Positions 16,650 to 26,119 of a stretch of DNA of 64,000 nucleotides are shown here, piece after piece. The stretch spans positions 438,023 through 502,022 of the forward strand of contig CAVYWC010000007.1 of assembly GCA_963772045.1 (NCBI GenBank), in the 5' to 3' direction. The stretch is from an uncultured Acidobacteriaceae bacterium. Its GTDB lineage: Bacteria; Acidobacteriota; Terriglobia; Terriglobales; Acidobacteriaceae. The position numbers and the translations under genes are program-made. The notes under the pieces are model-generated. The model saw nothing but the letters and a program-made list of their open reading frames with translations, was not told where the DNA came from and did not search any database. Each line of letters begins with the position of its first letter. The stretch's first letter is position 1.

Positions 16650-18452
16650 TCAGGTGATGCTCGCTTCTGTGTAGGTGCCGTACACCTGCCGCAAAGCATC
16701 GCAGATTTCGCCCACAGTCGCGTAGGCGCGGACGGCATCGACGATGAATGGCATGGTGTTAACGGATGAGATGTTGCCATTCGATCCCGACCTCGGATCG
16801 CCGGCCGCCGCTCTTTTGAGTGCATCGAGAGCGCGCTGAACTGCTTGGTTGGAGCGCCGGGCGCGCAGAGCTTTCAGCTTGGCTGTCTGCTGGCGGGCCA
16901 CGGTCTCACCAATGTAGAGGATGTGCGGCGGCTCTTCCTCAATCGCGAACTCGTTCACGCCGACAATGATTTTCTCTCGCGCTTCGACCGCACGTTGATA
17001 TTGATACGAAGATTCGGCAATCTCTTTCTGCGGATATCCGCGCTCGATCGCCTTCACCATGCCGCCCATGGCATCGAGTTTGCCGAAATAATCGAGGGTG
17101 CCATTTTCCATCTGCAGCGTCAGATTTTCCAGGAAATAAGACCCACCCAGCGGATCGACCGTCTGCGCGACTCCGGATTCGTAAGCGATGATCTGCTGCG
17201 TACGAAGTGCGATGCGCGCCGCTTCTTCCGTTGGCAGCGCCAGAGCCTCATCGTATGAATCCGTGTGCAGCGACTGCGTTCCCCCGAGCACAGCGGCGAG
17301 CGCCTGGATCGCGACACGCGCGATGTTGTTCATCGGTTGCTGCGCCGGCAACGATACTCCTGCAGTTTGGGTGTGGAAGCGCATCAGCCAGGTGCGCTGG
17401 TTTTTCGCACCGAACCGATCTTTCATCACGCGATACCAGATTTTCCGAGCGGCGCGATACTTCGCGATCTCCTCGAAGAAATCATTATGAGCATTGAAGA
17501 AGAAGCTCAGCCGTGGTCCAAATTCGTCGACATCGAGGCCCCGGCGTCGAGCCCATTCCACATATTCAACGCCGTCGTACAACGTGAACGCCAGTTCCTG
17601 CAGAGCTGTCGAGCCGGCTTCGCGGATGTGATATCCACTGATCGAAATCGTGTTGAATCGCGGGGTGAACTTTGAGCCGAACTCGAACGTATCGATGACG
17701 AGCCGCATCGAAGGCGCAGGAGGGTAGATGTATTCCTTCTGCGCGATGTATTCCTTCAGAATGTCGTTCTGAATCGTTCCGGAAATTTTCTTCCAGTCCG
17801 CGCCCTGCTTTTCCGCCACCACCAGATACATGGCCCAGAGCACCGATGCCGGAGAATTAATCGTCATGGAGACGGTAGTTTTTTCCAGGTCGATGCCGTG
17901 GAAAAGGATTTCCATATCTTCCAGCGAATCGATGGCCACGCCGCACTTGCCTACTTCGCCCTCGCTCGCCGGATGGTCGGAGTCGTAGCCCATCAAGGTA
18001 GGCAAATCGAACGCGACTGAGAGCCCACTGCCACCGTGTTCCAGCAGATATTTGTAGCGCTGGTTCGTTTCTTCCGGCGAGGCGAAGCCGGAGAACTGAC
18101 GCATGGTGAAAAGCTTGCCGCGGTAACCGGTCGCGTGAATGCCGCGCGTGTAGGGCGGCTGGCCGGGATAGCCGAGATATTTCTCTTCGCTCCAGTCTGC
18201 CGGAAGATCGGCCTGAGTGTAGAGTCGCCGGATCGGCACGCCGGAAATCGTGGTGAAGCGTGCGTGCCCGCGCTCGTCGAGATTCACGCCCGTGGGCGAA
18301 CCGATCGGCCGCTCGGGAGCCTTTTCGAGCGTGGGTTCGAGCGTCTTCTCAGCCCACGTCTTCTCGGTTTCGGAGGGATGCCGGTTCTCGAAAACATCGG
18401 CGATCGGATTTTCGGCAATGTTTGCCGGCGTCTTGGGCTGCTGTTTATCCAT
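16650..18452 (-). CDS. Acyl-CoA mutase large (substrate-binding) subunit, isobutyryl-CoA-mutase-like signature
   Basis: Methylmalonyl-CoA mutase family motifs: [57 protein letters not shown]. No B12-binding domain is present. The ATG at 18452 (MDKQQP...) is preferred over the ORF-track start at 18524. Confidence 0.85.
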   Translation of the reverse strand: MDKQQPKTPANIAENPIADVFENRHPSETEKTWAEKTLEPTLEKAPERPIGSPTGVNLDERGHARFTTISGVPIRRLYTQADLPADWSEEKYLGYPGQPPYTRGIHATGYRGKLFTMRQFSGFASPEETNQRYKYLLEHGGSGLSVAFDLPTLMGYDSDHPASEGEVGKCGVAIDSLEDMEILFHGIDLEKTTVSMTINSPASVLWAMYLVVAEKQGADWKKISGTIQNDILKEYIAQKEYIYPPAPSMRLVIDTFEFGSKFTPRFNTISISGYHIREAGSTALQELAFTLYDGVEYVEWARRRGLDVDEFGPRLSFFFNAHNDFFEEIAKYRAARKIWYRVMKDRFGAKNQRTWLMRFHTQTAGVSLPAQQPMNNIARVAIQALAAVLGGTQSLHTDSYDEALALPTEEAARIALRTQQIIAYESGVAQTVDPLGGSYFLENLTLQMENGTLDYFGKLDAMGGMVKAIERGYPQKEIAESSYQYQRAVEAREKIIVGVNEFAIEEEPPHILYIGETVARQQTAKLKALRARRSNQAVQRALDALKRAAAGDPRSGSNGNISSVNTMPFIVDAVRAYATVGEICDALRQVYGTYTEASIT

Positions 18453-18582
18453 GCGTTCCCCAGTGCTTCTGCTTTGATGATAGGGAAGGCGATTCGGAGT
18501 AGCAAGGCGCAGAGCGCGGATCAAAACGACCGGTCGGTTTGAATTCGAAAACCCTCACATGACACGAGGGTGCGGAGGAAAT

Positions 18583-19353
18583 TCAACGAGGAAGATCGTT
18601 GCGGCTTATTTCCCACGCCTTGGCATATTTCCACGAAACGTACTGCGCGTGATAGCAATGCAGCAGCAGGCCTTCGCGGCCGTCGAGAAATCCCAGGCGA
18701 AAAAAATAGTTGTAGACAAACGTCGCCATCGGCCGCAGAACGATGTTGCGGATGCTGAATCGGCGATGGCCCTTGCCGACCGCCAATTGCGCACCCAGCG
18801 ACGAATAGCGGTTCATGTGCGCGATGTAGAGCGTCAGGTTGGGATAGGTGTAGTGCACCAGTGCATTTTTGAATTGAGGCGTTTGCTGCGGGATTTCCGG
18901 TTTCAGTTCGCAGCAATCGTGGGGATCATGGCCGGTGACGAATCCGTCGCCACGGCGAAACAGCCGCAGCTTGGGATCAGGATAAAAACCGCCGTGCTTC
19001 ATCCATTTCCCGAGAAAAAGATTTTTTCGCGGAAGCTCATATCCGCTGGCCGCATTGGGATCAGAAATCGCAGTACGAATTTCTTCTGCCAGTCCGGGGC
19101 TGACTTCTTCGTCGGCGTCGAGCAGCAGCACCCAATCTTTGGTGCACAGATCGATCGCGTACTGCTTTTGCGCCACGTATCCGCGCCACGGTTCGACGAT
19201 CACCCGTGCACCGTATTGGCGCGCGATCTCGCAGGTTCGATCTTTCGATCCGGAATCGACCAGCACGATTTCATCGGCCCATCTTACGCTGGCGAGCGTC
19301 CGGCCAATGTTGGTCTCTTCATCCATAGCGACAATGGCCACCGAGATCGTCAT
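18583..19353 (-). CDS. Glycosyltransferase family 2 (WaaE/KdtX-like)
   Basis: ISVAIVAMDEE...LVDSGSKDRT...LLLDADE (DxD) are GT2 hallmarks. ATG 19353 is preferred over TTG 19359. Confidence 0.8.
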   Translation of the reverse strand: MTISVAIVAMDEETNIGRTLASVRWADEIVLVDSGSKDRTCEIARQYGARVIVEPWRGYVAQKQYAIDLCTKDWVLLLDADEEVSPGLAEEIRTAISDPNAASGYELPRKNLFLGKWMKHGGFYPDPKLRLFRRGDGFVTGHDPHDCCELKPEIPQQTPQFKNALVHYTYPNLTLYIAHMNRYSSLGAQLAVGKGHRRFSIRNIVLRPMATFVYNYFFRLGFLDGREGLLLHCYHAQYVSWKYAKAWEISRNDLPR

Positions 19354-19395
19354 AGACAAGATTGCAACCAGATGCGTGCGGAACGCGGTATTGTC

Positions 19396-20670
19396 TCACA
19401 CGGAAATCGCCTGCCGCTGCTCAGTCGTGCGGCGAATCTTCACCTGGGAACAGAGAAAGACGATCACAATCAACAGTTCAGGTTCGATGGGATGGCGATA
19501 CCGAGCATGCGGAAAAACGAAGTAGTAGACGGCCGGATAGAAGATGATCAGTCCAGCAAAAAGCCACGCTCCTGGCCTCTTCTGGCGCAGGGCCTGAATC
19601 ATTCCCCAGATCGCTAAGACTGAGGTTGCCAGAAATGCGGAAGTGCGGAAGTCTACCGGCGCCGTGCTGCTGGTGGGCCGAGGCACGCCATTCCAGAAAT
19701 AAAAGAATCGTTTCAGACTGATGACGGCAAATCGCCCGGGGTTGGCGTGAATCCAGTCGAATGCGGACCTTTTGCAGCCGGCGGCATAGGCCAATTCGCC
19801 CATGCGTCGAAATTTCTCCAGTTCGACCTTGTTCATGTTGGGCTGTAAATAAGGCATCAGCATGCCGTCCGCAAACGGTCCGTTGCCCAGCCGTATCTGT
19901 AATCCAAAATCATTACGAATGAATACGAACTTTCCGAAGGCTTCGTAATTACGGATCAACCACGGCGACAACACCAGCCAAAAAGTCAAAGACGCGAGCA
20001 CGATACCGGGCACGGATGTGAGCCCGCGGCGATAGCGCTGCCGCCAGATCCATAGTCCGCAAAAGGGCAGAAATGCCAGCATGGTCGGATTCGCCAAAGC
20101 GCCTACGCCATACAGCGCACCAAACAGGATCCAGCCTCGCCGGCCGGGCCAATCCTGCAACTCGAGAGCAAGCAGAAAAACACAGGCCAGAAGAAATGGC
20201 GTGAACGTCGTGTCCCAAATCCAATGGACGCCCCAATACCACATGTACGGGCATAGCGCCCATATCCACGCGGACCAGAGAGCGACGCGCGCGCCGAATG
20301 TGCGGTGCGCAATCCAATAGATGGGGATGCAGGTCAGCGTGGTGAAAATGCAGTTGATGCCCAGCAGCACCCAGGCCGACGCGTACGTGTAAATCCCGAA
20401 AATTTTGAACACGCCGCCAATCAGATAGGGGTAGAGCGGAGGCTCCCACGCCGAAGGTCCGGTCTGGCCTTCATAAGGACTGCTGAAACCGTGGCCTTGC
20501 GCGATCGAGCGCCCGATCCGTCCCATCTCAAAGCCAAAACCGAAATTGTCCTCACCGGGGCGGGTGCGGTACTGGTGAAGAACGCCGATCGATGCCAGTT
20601 GCAACGCGAACGACAGCGGCAGAAGCCACAGGAAGGATTTCGGTAGAGCAGGCCGCGCGCGTGTCACCAT
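19396..20670 (-). CDS. GT39/ArnT-like (GT-C) polytopic membrane glycosyltransferase
   Basis: About 10 TM helices. The first-loop motif GEDNFGFGFEMGRIGRSIAQGHGFSSPY is typical of acidobacterial GT39-like proteins. The gene lies 42 nt upstream of the GT2 gene. Confidence 0.65.
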   Translation of the reverse strand: MVTRARPALPKSFLWLLPLSFALQLASIGVLHQYRTRPGEDNFGFGFEMGRIGRSIAQGHGFSSPYEGQTGPSAWEPPLYPYLIGGVFKIFGIYTYASAWVLLGINCIFTTLTCIPIYWIAHRTFGARVALWSAWIWALCPYMWYWGVHWIWDTTFTPFLLACVFLLALELQDWPGRRGWILFGALYGVGALANPTMLAFLPFCGLWIWRQRYRRGLTSVPGIVLASLTFWLVLSPWLIRNYEAFGKFVFIRNDFGLQIRLGNGPFADGMLMPYLQPNMNKVELEKFRRMGELAYAAGCKRSAFDWIHANPGRFAVISLKRFFYFWNGVPRPTSSTAPVDFRTSAFLATSVLAIWGMIQALRQKRPGAWLFAGLIIFYPAVYYFVFPHARYRHPIEPELLIVIVFLCSQVKIRRTTEQRQAISV

Positions 20671-20764
20671 CGAAACGACAGTGTATCAGGACAAGCACGC
20701 GCGTTTTTGGCGTGGCTTGAGTGACTTTTAATCGACGCAAAGGGCACCGCTTGTCGCGGCTGCC

Positions 20765-21043
20765 TTACTGCGGCGGCTGATTGTTTGGCTGCGTCTTCTT
20801 TTGGACTTTCTGCGCACCTTGCTGCGTCTTCTTTGCGCCTTTATTGGTCGCCTTCTTGGTTGCATTCTTCGTCTTGTTGTATGTCTTTTTGGTCGCGCGT
20901 CCGGTATCTTGCCCGGCTGCCTTCGCGTTCTGACCCGCGTTTTTCACGTCCTTCTTCGCGGAGCCTTGCGGAGCGCTTCCGAACGCCCAGCCTGCGGTGG
21001 CCAGAATTAAGGACAAAATCCATGCACATCTTTGGCGATTCAT
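20765..21043 (-). CDS. Small secreted lysine-rich low-complexity protein (92 aa)
   Basis: ATG 21043 is preceded by GGGAGA. Signal peptide MNRQRCAWILSLILATAGWAFG. The mature part is rich in K/T/N/Q/A (KKDVKNAGQNAKAAG...KKATNKGAKKTQQGAQKVQKKTQ). The ORF-track extension to 21361 overlaps the TolC-like gene and is rejected. Confidence 0.55.
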   Translation of the reverse strand: MNRQRCAWILSLILATAGWAFGSAPQGSAKKDVKNAGQNAKAAGQDTGRATKKTYNKTKNATKKATNKGAKKTQQGAQKVQKKTQPNNQPPQ

Positions 21044-21221
21044 TTGAGCTTCTCCCGAACAATCTCGATTCCCGTCGAGACTAGCCGCCGCAACGCGGCG
21101 TGTCATTCGGGAAAACCGTGTACTCGCCGCGAGACGCGGGTGTACTGTGCCGCTAATCAGTGCGGCCGGGAGCTCCCCATCTGGTGGCGGATTTGCAATC
21201 CATGTAGTTTCGGGAGGTTTC

Positions 21222-23321
21222 CTAGAGTTGTGCTCCGGGCGGCGGACTCGTCGGCGGCGATGAAGGCGGCTGCTGTCCGGGCTGCAAATCCACCCGCGGT
21301 GCAACATAAGGCACCGTGGGCAGGTGCGTAACTTGCGCGCGGATCGCCTCGTCCACTTCAATTCCGTTGTCCTCGAGCAGCAGTCCGGTGGCGCGTTCCA
21401 GTTCGATCCGCGACTTCTCGTATGCGGCTTTGGCCGAAACCAGGTTCGATTCCGAAGTCGTCAGCGTGGCCGCGTCCTGAAGAATCACGGTCGACGTGGT
21501 CAGTCCGACTCTGAGCTTCTGCTGATCGGCGTCAAACGTCTGTCGGGCGAGGTCCACAGCTGATTGCGCGGCTTCTACGGCCGCACGGTTCTGTCTGACG
21601 TCAAATTGCGCGTTGCGGACTTCGACCCGCACCTGATTTTCCAGCTGGTGCAGTCGTACCTCGGCCTGCCGCAACTCCAGTTGCGAGCGCACCTGATCGG
21701 CCTGCGCCTCGCGATTGCGGAGGGGTATGCTCAACGTGACTCCGATCCCTTTGTCAGGAGCGGTGGAATTGACGAGTTGGCGAAGAGTTCCCCCGTAGCC
21801 AACCGAACTTTTGGTGCCAAATGGCGGTGGCGGCAAGGCGCCGATGGTCGAACACTTCGTTGTTCCAAAAGAACAGTTCGGGTTCACATCTCCTCCGACA
21901 CCCGATCCCCCGTAATAGGCGTATGCGTTCAGGGTCGGCAGGAGTGCATTGCGCACAGCTTTGGCGCTGAGCTGGCGTGAGTTGAGATCAATCCGGGACT
22001 CTACCAGTTCGGCACGATGGCGCAGCGCGTCATCGATCAGGTCCTGAATGGGGATGACTGGCTCTTGTCGCGGCAGCTTACTGGTCGAAGTCGGGATCAC
22101 ATCAGCTTCGGCCAGAACCGGATCTTCAATGCTGCGGCTGATCGCATTTTTCATCAGAAGCTGTTCGAGTTGCAGATTGTTCTGCGCCAGAATCAGGTTC
22201 TGCTCATCGGTGGCAACCGTACTTTGCGCGCTCACCACCTGGATAGGAGGCGCGGTTCCCACCTGCGCTTGTCGCTTCGAGTCTTCCAAGGCTTTCTGGG
22301 CGTAGGTCAGCGATTCTTGCTGCACTCTCACGTTCTCGTAGGCGTAGACCAGGTCCCAATACATGTCCTCGATCTGATCCACCGTGGTGATCACCTGAAG
22401 ACGGAACGCAACATCGGTGATCTCGCGATTGTTTTTCGCAATCAGAATGAATCGCGTGTTGGCGTTGGGGCCGAAACCCTGCAGCAGGTTCTGCGTCAGC
22501 CGGAATTGAAAACTGGAGCTCAGCTGCGGCGTAATCAGGGCAGGCAGGCTATTGGTCGTAACATGGGTGTTGTTGAATCCCATGGTCAGAGCGGTTCCCC
22601 AATGAAAACCCTGCGTGTAGGCGAAGTTGCTGGTGTAAGTGTTTTGTGCCACGATCGGCGGTGCGCTGAAGGGGCTGGTCGAGATGGTCTGGTTTTTGTC
22701 GAGTTGCAGTGTGCTGGTAAAGAGTGGGTCAAAGCTGGTGATAGTTGAGCCAATGCCGAGCGTGGAAGTAACCAAACCATTCGTACCGGTAGCGACACCG
22801 CTGGGAGCAACCGTTGTGCCTCCCGTTCCTGATCCCACAGTTCCACCCAGTCCGCCAACGCCGCCTCCGGGCGTGTTCTGCACCACGCCAGCATTGACGC
22901 CGAGAATTGTCGCTCCCGACTTGGCCCGCAGATAATCCGCGTCGGCGATGTTCAGGTTGTAACGGGCAATATAGATGTCGAGATTATTTTCCAGCGTCAG
23001 CGCGACGGCATTGTCGATCGACAGATAAATCTTCCCGTCGTGCATGAGCGAGTCGATCTGCGGGTTATTTGCCATATTCGGTTCAGGGACTTCCCGCATC
23101 TCATACGACTTCCAGAACTCGGGAAAGGCGGGCCGTGGCTTGGCGTAATCCTTCAAGTAGATCGGCTGCTCGTGCGTGGCTTGGGCTGGATTTGGAGCGG
23201 CTGCGGCAGAGGACGGGGCCGATGCGCTCTGCTGTGCCGGCAGCATGGGTACAACCGCCGCCAGAAAAATTGCAGGAACCAGTGAGAGCCGAAACCACAA
23301 CCTGAGACTCGACACAAACAT
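21222..23321 (-). CDS. TolC-family outer-membrane efflux protein (long form with Gly-rich insert)
   Basis: AAGGAG RBS before ATG 23321, followed by a signal peptide. Two halves with TolC-type coiled-coil repeats are visible (LTLENNLDIYIARYNL..., LEQLLMKNA..., DLIDDALRHRAEL...). A Gly-rich insert lies at 22734-22883 and the tail is Pro-rich. Confidence 0.8.
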   Translation of the reverse strand: MFVSSLRLWFRLSLVPAIFLAAVVPMLPAQQSASAPSSAAAAPNPAQATHEQPIYLKDYAKPRPAFPEFWKSYEMREVPEPNMANNPQIDSLMHDGKIYLSIDNAVALTLENNLDIYIARYNLNIADADYLRAKSGATILGVNAGVVQNTPGGGVGGLGGTVGSGTGGTTVAPSGVATGTNGLVTSTLGIGSTITSFDPLFTSTLQLDKNQTISTSPFSAPPIVAQNTYTSNFAYTQGFHWGTALTMGFNNTHVTTNSLPALITPQLSSSFQFRLTQNLLQGFGPNANTRFILIAKNNREITDVAFRLQVITTVDQIEDMYWDLVYAYENVRVQQESLTYAQKALEDSKRQAQVGTAPPIQVVSAQSTVATDEQNLILAQNNLQLEQLLMKNAISRSIEDPVLAEADVIPTSTSKLPRQEPVIPIQDLIDDALRHRAELVESRIDLNSRQLSAKAVRNALLPTLNAYAYYGGSGVGGDVNPNCSFGTTKCSTIGALPPPPFGTKSSVGYGGTLRQLVNSTAPDKGIGVTLSIPLRNREAQADQVRSQLELRQAEVRLHQLENQVRVEVRNAQFDVRQNRAAVEAAQSAVDLARQTFDADQQKLRVGLTTSTVILQDAATLTTSESNLVSAKAAYEKSRIELERATGLLLEDNGIEVDEAIRAQVTHLPTVPYVAPRVDLQPGQQPPSSPPTSPPPGAQL

Positions 23322-23692
23322 ATGTATTCTCCTTGCATGTGAGCGGCATGCATGATTCAACATCTGGACTGCAGAAAATGCCCGGCTCGGATGGAAATAC
23401 GGCGTCTTCCAATCTTAGCGGGATAAGCCCGGCACTATTCCCTGAGGATTGTAAAGAATTGTGAGGAAAACTATTCCACTTCTCGTTCGTGTGCGCCTTG
23501 AATTTTCGACATGAGCATTTCCGAATCTCGGACTTCGAAAAAATGAGCTCCCCATCGAAGCTGTTCCCTCCGGCGAGCTGACAAAAAAGCTCCCCCGAAG
23601 TTCCGGAGAGTCAGGTACGTCGGTAACTTGCCGCCATGTGACTTTTTTTTTACCTTCATTAGGATGTGATTCAAGTCACAGCAAGGTACGTT

Positions 23693-24073
23693 ATGCAAGA
23701 AAAGCAGTTCAGCCTTTCTCTGGTAACCCGGGCAAGCGCAAAACTGATCGTTGTGGCCCAATGTGTTTTCCTCCTGACGCTTTTCGTTGCGGTAGGTTCG
23801 AGCTCATTTCTCAACGCGCAGGAACCCGGTCACCGCAAAATCGTGGTTCGGGTGAACCCGGAATATCCCGATACTCTGCGCCTGGCGCAGATCGGCGGGC
23901 TGGTTCGTCTCAACGCGACCGTCTCGGCCAATGGCACGGTCACCCAGGTTGAGGTTCGGGGTGGGAACCCCATCCTCGCCGAGAAGGCTCAGCAAGCCGT
24001 CATGAAATGGAAGTTCGCGCCGGCGGCATCACAAACGGTCGAAGAAATTCGTCTGAGTTTCAGTCCCCACTAA
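23693..24073 (+). CDS. TonB C-terminal-domain protein (short, anchor + TonB_C only)
   Basis: Signal anchor followed by VRVNPEYPDTLRLAQIGGLVRLNATVSANGTVTQVEVRGGNPILAEKAQQAVMKWKF (TonB_C fold motif). Confidence 0.75.
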   Translation: MQEKQFSLSLVTRASAKLIVVAQCVFLLTLFVAVGSSSFLNAQEPGHRKIVVRVNPEYPDTLRLAQIGGLVRLNATVSANGTVTQVEVRGGNPILAEKAQQAVMKWKFAPAASQTVEEIRLSFSPH

Positions 24074-24133
24074 TTAGTAATCAGTCCGATTTTCCGTGTC
24101 CTTGCCGTTGGGCATGCGGTTAGAATCGTTTTT

Positions 24134-25363
24134 ATGCCGCTTACCCAGACCCGCGAAATCGCCGCCGCCACTCGCCTCCAGAATGTTCGCTACGCCATCC
24201 GAGACTTGGCGTGCGTTGCCGACGAAGTCATCCAGCAGGGCCACAAAGTCCTGCCACTGAATGTCGGCGACCCGCTGAACTTCGATTTCCAGACGCCGCC
24301 CCACATCATCGACGCCGTATACAAAGCCATGTGCGACGGCAAGAACGGATACGCTCCATCCGATGGAGTGCCCGCCGCGCTCGAAGCCATTCGCGGCGAA
24401 GCGGCGCACAAGGGGATCACCACGGTGCGTGACGTTTTCGTCACTTCGGGCGTAAGTGAGACCGTCGATCTCTGCCTGTCCGCCCTTGTAGACCCGGGGG
24501 AAGATGTGATCACTCCGAGCCCCGACTATCCACTGTATTCGGCCGTTTTATGCAAGTTGGGGATCCGGCTCAATACCTATGATCTGAACGAAGAGGACGA
24601 TTGGCAGCCGGAACTTGCCGACATCCAACGCAAGCTGACGCCGCGTACGCGTGGCATCGTGCTGATTAATCCCAACAATCCTACCGGTTCGCTATGCACG
24701 CGCGAGATGCTGGAGAGGGTCGCGGAACTGGCGCGACGGCACAACCTGATCGTCTTCTCGGATGAAATCTACGACAAGCTGATTCTGGATTGCGATTCTC
24801 AGGGAAACGAAACCCCCCATATCGCCTTCGCCTCCGTCGCTCCCGATGTGCCCTGCGTGACTTTTGGCGGGATGTCGAAGAATTATCTGGTTCCCGGATG
24901 GCGCATCGGCTGGGGCATCGTCTCGGGCGATGCGGCTGCCGTGAAGAGTTATTGCGAGGGCGTGCATCGCCTGCTGCGCTCACGCCTCTGTGCCAATCAT
25001 CCCGAACAATATGCGATCAAAGCGGCACTGGAGGGTCCGCAAGACCATCTCATAGAAGTTCGGCGCAAGCTGCGTTCCCGCCGCGATCTTACGCAGAAAT
25101 GGTGCGACGCAACCCCGCGCGTGAGTTGCGTTGCTCCCCGTGGCGCGTTCTATGCCTTCCCGCGCATCGATATTCCCGAGGGCGATGAAGTTTTCGTGAA
25201 GGAACTTATTCGCCAGAAGCACGTCATGGTGGTTCACGGCTCGGGATTTGGGCAAAAGCCGGGAACCCAGCATTTCCGCATCGTATTCCTGCCGGACGAG
25301 CAAATCCTGACCAAGGCATACGCCGCGATTGCGCAGTTCATCCACGAGCGCTATGGCAATTAG
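24134..25363 (+). CDS. Class I/II PLP-dependent aminotransferase (AlaA/AspC-like)
   Basis: The motifs NPNNPTG, FSDEIYD and GMSKNYLVPGWRIGW (PLP Lys) are present, and the length is about 409 aa. Confidence 0.85.
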   Translation: MPLTQTREIAAATRLQNVRYAIRDLACVADEVIQQGHKVLPLNVGDPLNFDFQTPPHIIDAVYKAMCDGKNGYAPSDGVPAALEAIRGEAAHKGITTVRDVFVTSGVSETVDLCLSALVDPGEDVITPSPDYPLYSAVLCKLGIRLNTYDLNEEDDWQPELADIQRKLTPRTRGIVLINPNNPTGSLCTREMLERVAELARRHNLIVFSDEIYDKLILDCDSQGNETPHIAFASVAPDVPCVTFGGMSKNYLVPGWRIGWGIVSGDAAAVKSYCEGVHRLLRSRLCANHPEQYAIKAALEGPQDHLIEVRRKLRSRRDLTQKWCDATPRVSCVAPRGAFYAFPRIDIPEGDEVFVKELIRQKHVMVVHGSGFGQKPGTQHFRIVFLPDEQILTKAYAAIAQFIHERYGN

Positions 25364-25512
25364 ACGAACCGAAGGCGTGATCACTGTTCGGAAGACCTTT
25401 GTGACGTGCGTCAGGCCTGAACGCCTTCGTGACCATCACCGAACGAACAGCCACCACCTCAGGCAGCATCAGGGCGCGAGTTGCCGGCGAAATTCGTCTC
25501 TCTGGAAAAGTT

Positions 25513-25842
25513 CTACCAACGCTCGCGACGACCGCCGCCGCGGCCGCCACGATCTCCTCCGCGATCACGGAAACCGCCTCCGCCGCCCGCTCGCTCGGCT
25601 TTCGGCCGAGCTTCGTTAACGTTGATGGTGCGTCCGCTGAGTTGCGAACCGTTCAACGCCGTGATCGCTTTTTCGCCGTCTTCGTTGCTCGCCATCTCAA
25701 CGAACCCGAAGCCGCGCGAGCGTCCTGTGTCGCGGTCCGTCATGATGCTCACCCGATCGACTTGCCCGTAAGCTTCGAAAGCCTGGCGCAACTCATCTTC
25801 ATTGGTGTTGAAGCTGAGATTTCCCACGAAAATGTTCTTCAT
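25513..25842 (-). CDS. RRM-type RNA-binding protein with Arg/Gly-rich tail
   Basis: RNP2 motif IFVGNL, RNP1 motif RGFGFVEM, and a C-terminal RGG-rich tail (GGGGGFRDRGGDRGGRGGGRRERW). Confidence 0.9.
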   Translation of the reverse strand: MKNIFVGNLSFNTNEDELRQAFEAYGQVDRVSIMTDRDTGRSRGFGFVEMASNEDGEKAITALNGSQLSGRTINVNEARPKAERAGGGGGFRDRGGDRGGRGGGRRERW

Positions 25843-26044
25843 GCGTCTGCCTCTGCATTGAGCTGTCGGAGTGCGAGCTCACATCGGCGGACTTGCCAGG
25901 GCGGGAGGGCCGTTCCTGAAAATCGAAACCGGAGCTGGCGAACAGTCAATTGCGGCCAGAAGTATAGCAGGTTTCCGGAAATTGGCCTGTCAATTTGCAG
26001 GAAGTAGCGGCCAGCTGAACCATGGAAGAGCGGTGCTTTAGAGG

Positions 26045-26070
26045 CCGCCCTGAGCAACCGAAGCGCGCCG
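26045..26070. repeat. REP-like motif GGAAGAGCGGTGCTTTAGAGGCCGCC (family B)
   Basis: Near-identical to GGAAGAGCGGTCCTTCAGGGCCGCG at 41553-41577. Confidence 0.55.
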
Positions 26071-26119
26071 AAGCCGCGTCAAGGCGCCCATTGGTAAAGG
26101 TCGTACGCCCTGACGTCTA

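Noticed and set aside
18453-18582. Possible cobalamin riboswitch upstream of the mutase gene, and a Moco riboswitch upstream of modA
   Set aside because: The 130-bp spacer after the GT2 gene shows only a small hairpin (ACCCTC...GAGGGT) and no B12-box-like sequence that I could recognise. There is essentially no intergenic space upstream of modA.
18559-19617. 352-aa ORF on the plus strand
   Set aside because: It is antisense to the GT2 and GT39-like genes, which have clear family motifs. The composition is Arg-rich and low-complexity.
21044-21361. Upstream extension of the Lys-rich ORF to a 198-aa protein
   Set aside because: It overlaps the 3' end of the TolC-like gene in another frame and is Arg-rich junk. 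ATG 21043 has a strong RBS and yields a proper signal peptide.
23471-23761. 96-aa minus-strand ORF in the TolC-like/TonB_C divergent region
   Set aside because: It overlaps the TonB_C gene start, has an odd composition (Cys/His/Phe-rich) and has no RBS. It is probably non-coding promoter DNA.
25371-25428. Possible bidirectional terminator between the convergent aminotransferase and RRM genes (GAAGGCGT ... ACGCCTTC)
   Set aside because: It has only an 8-bp stem closing a 42-nt loop and no U-tract. That is too weak to call as a feature.
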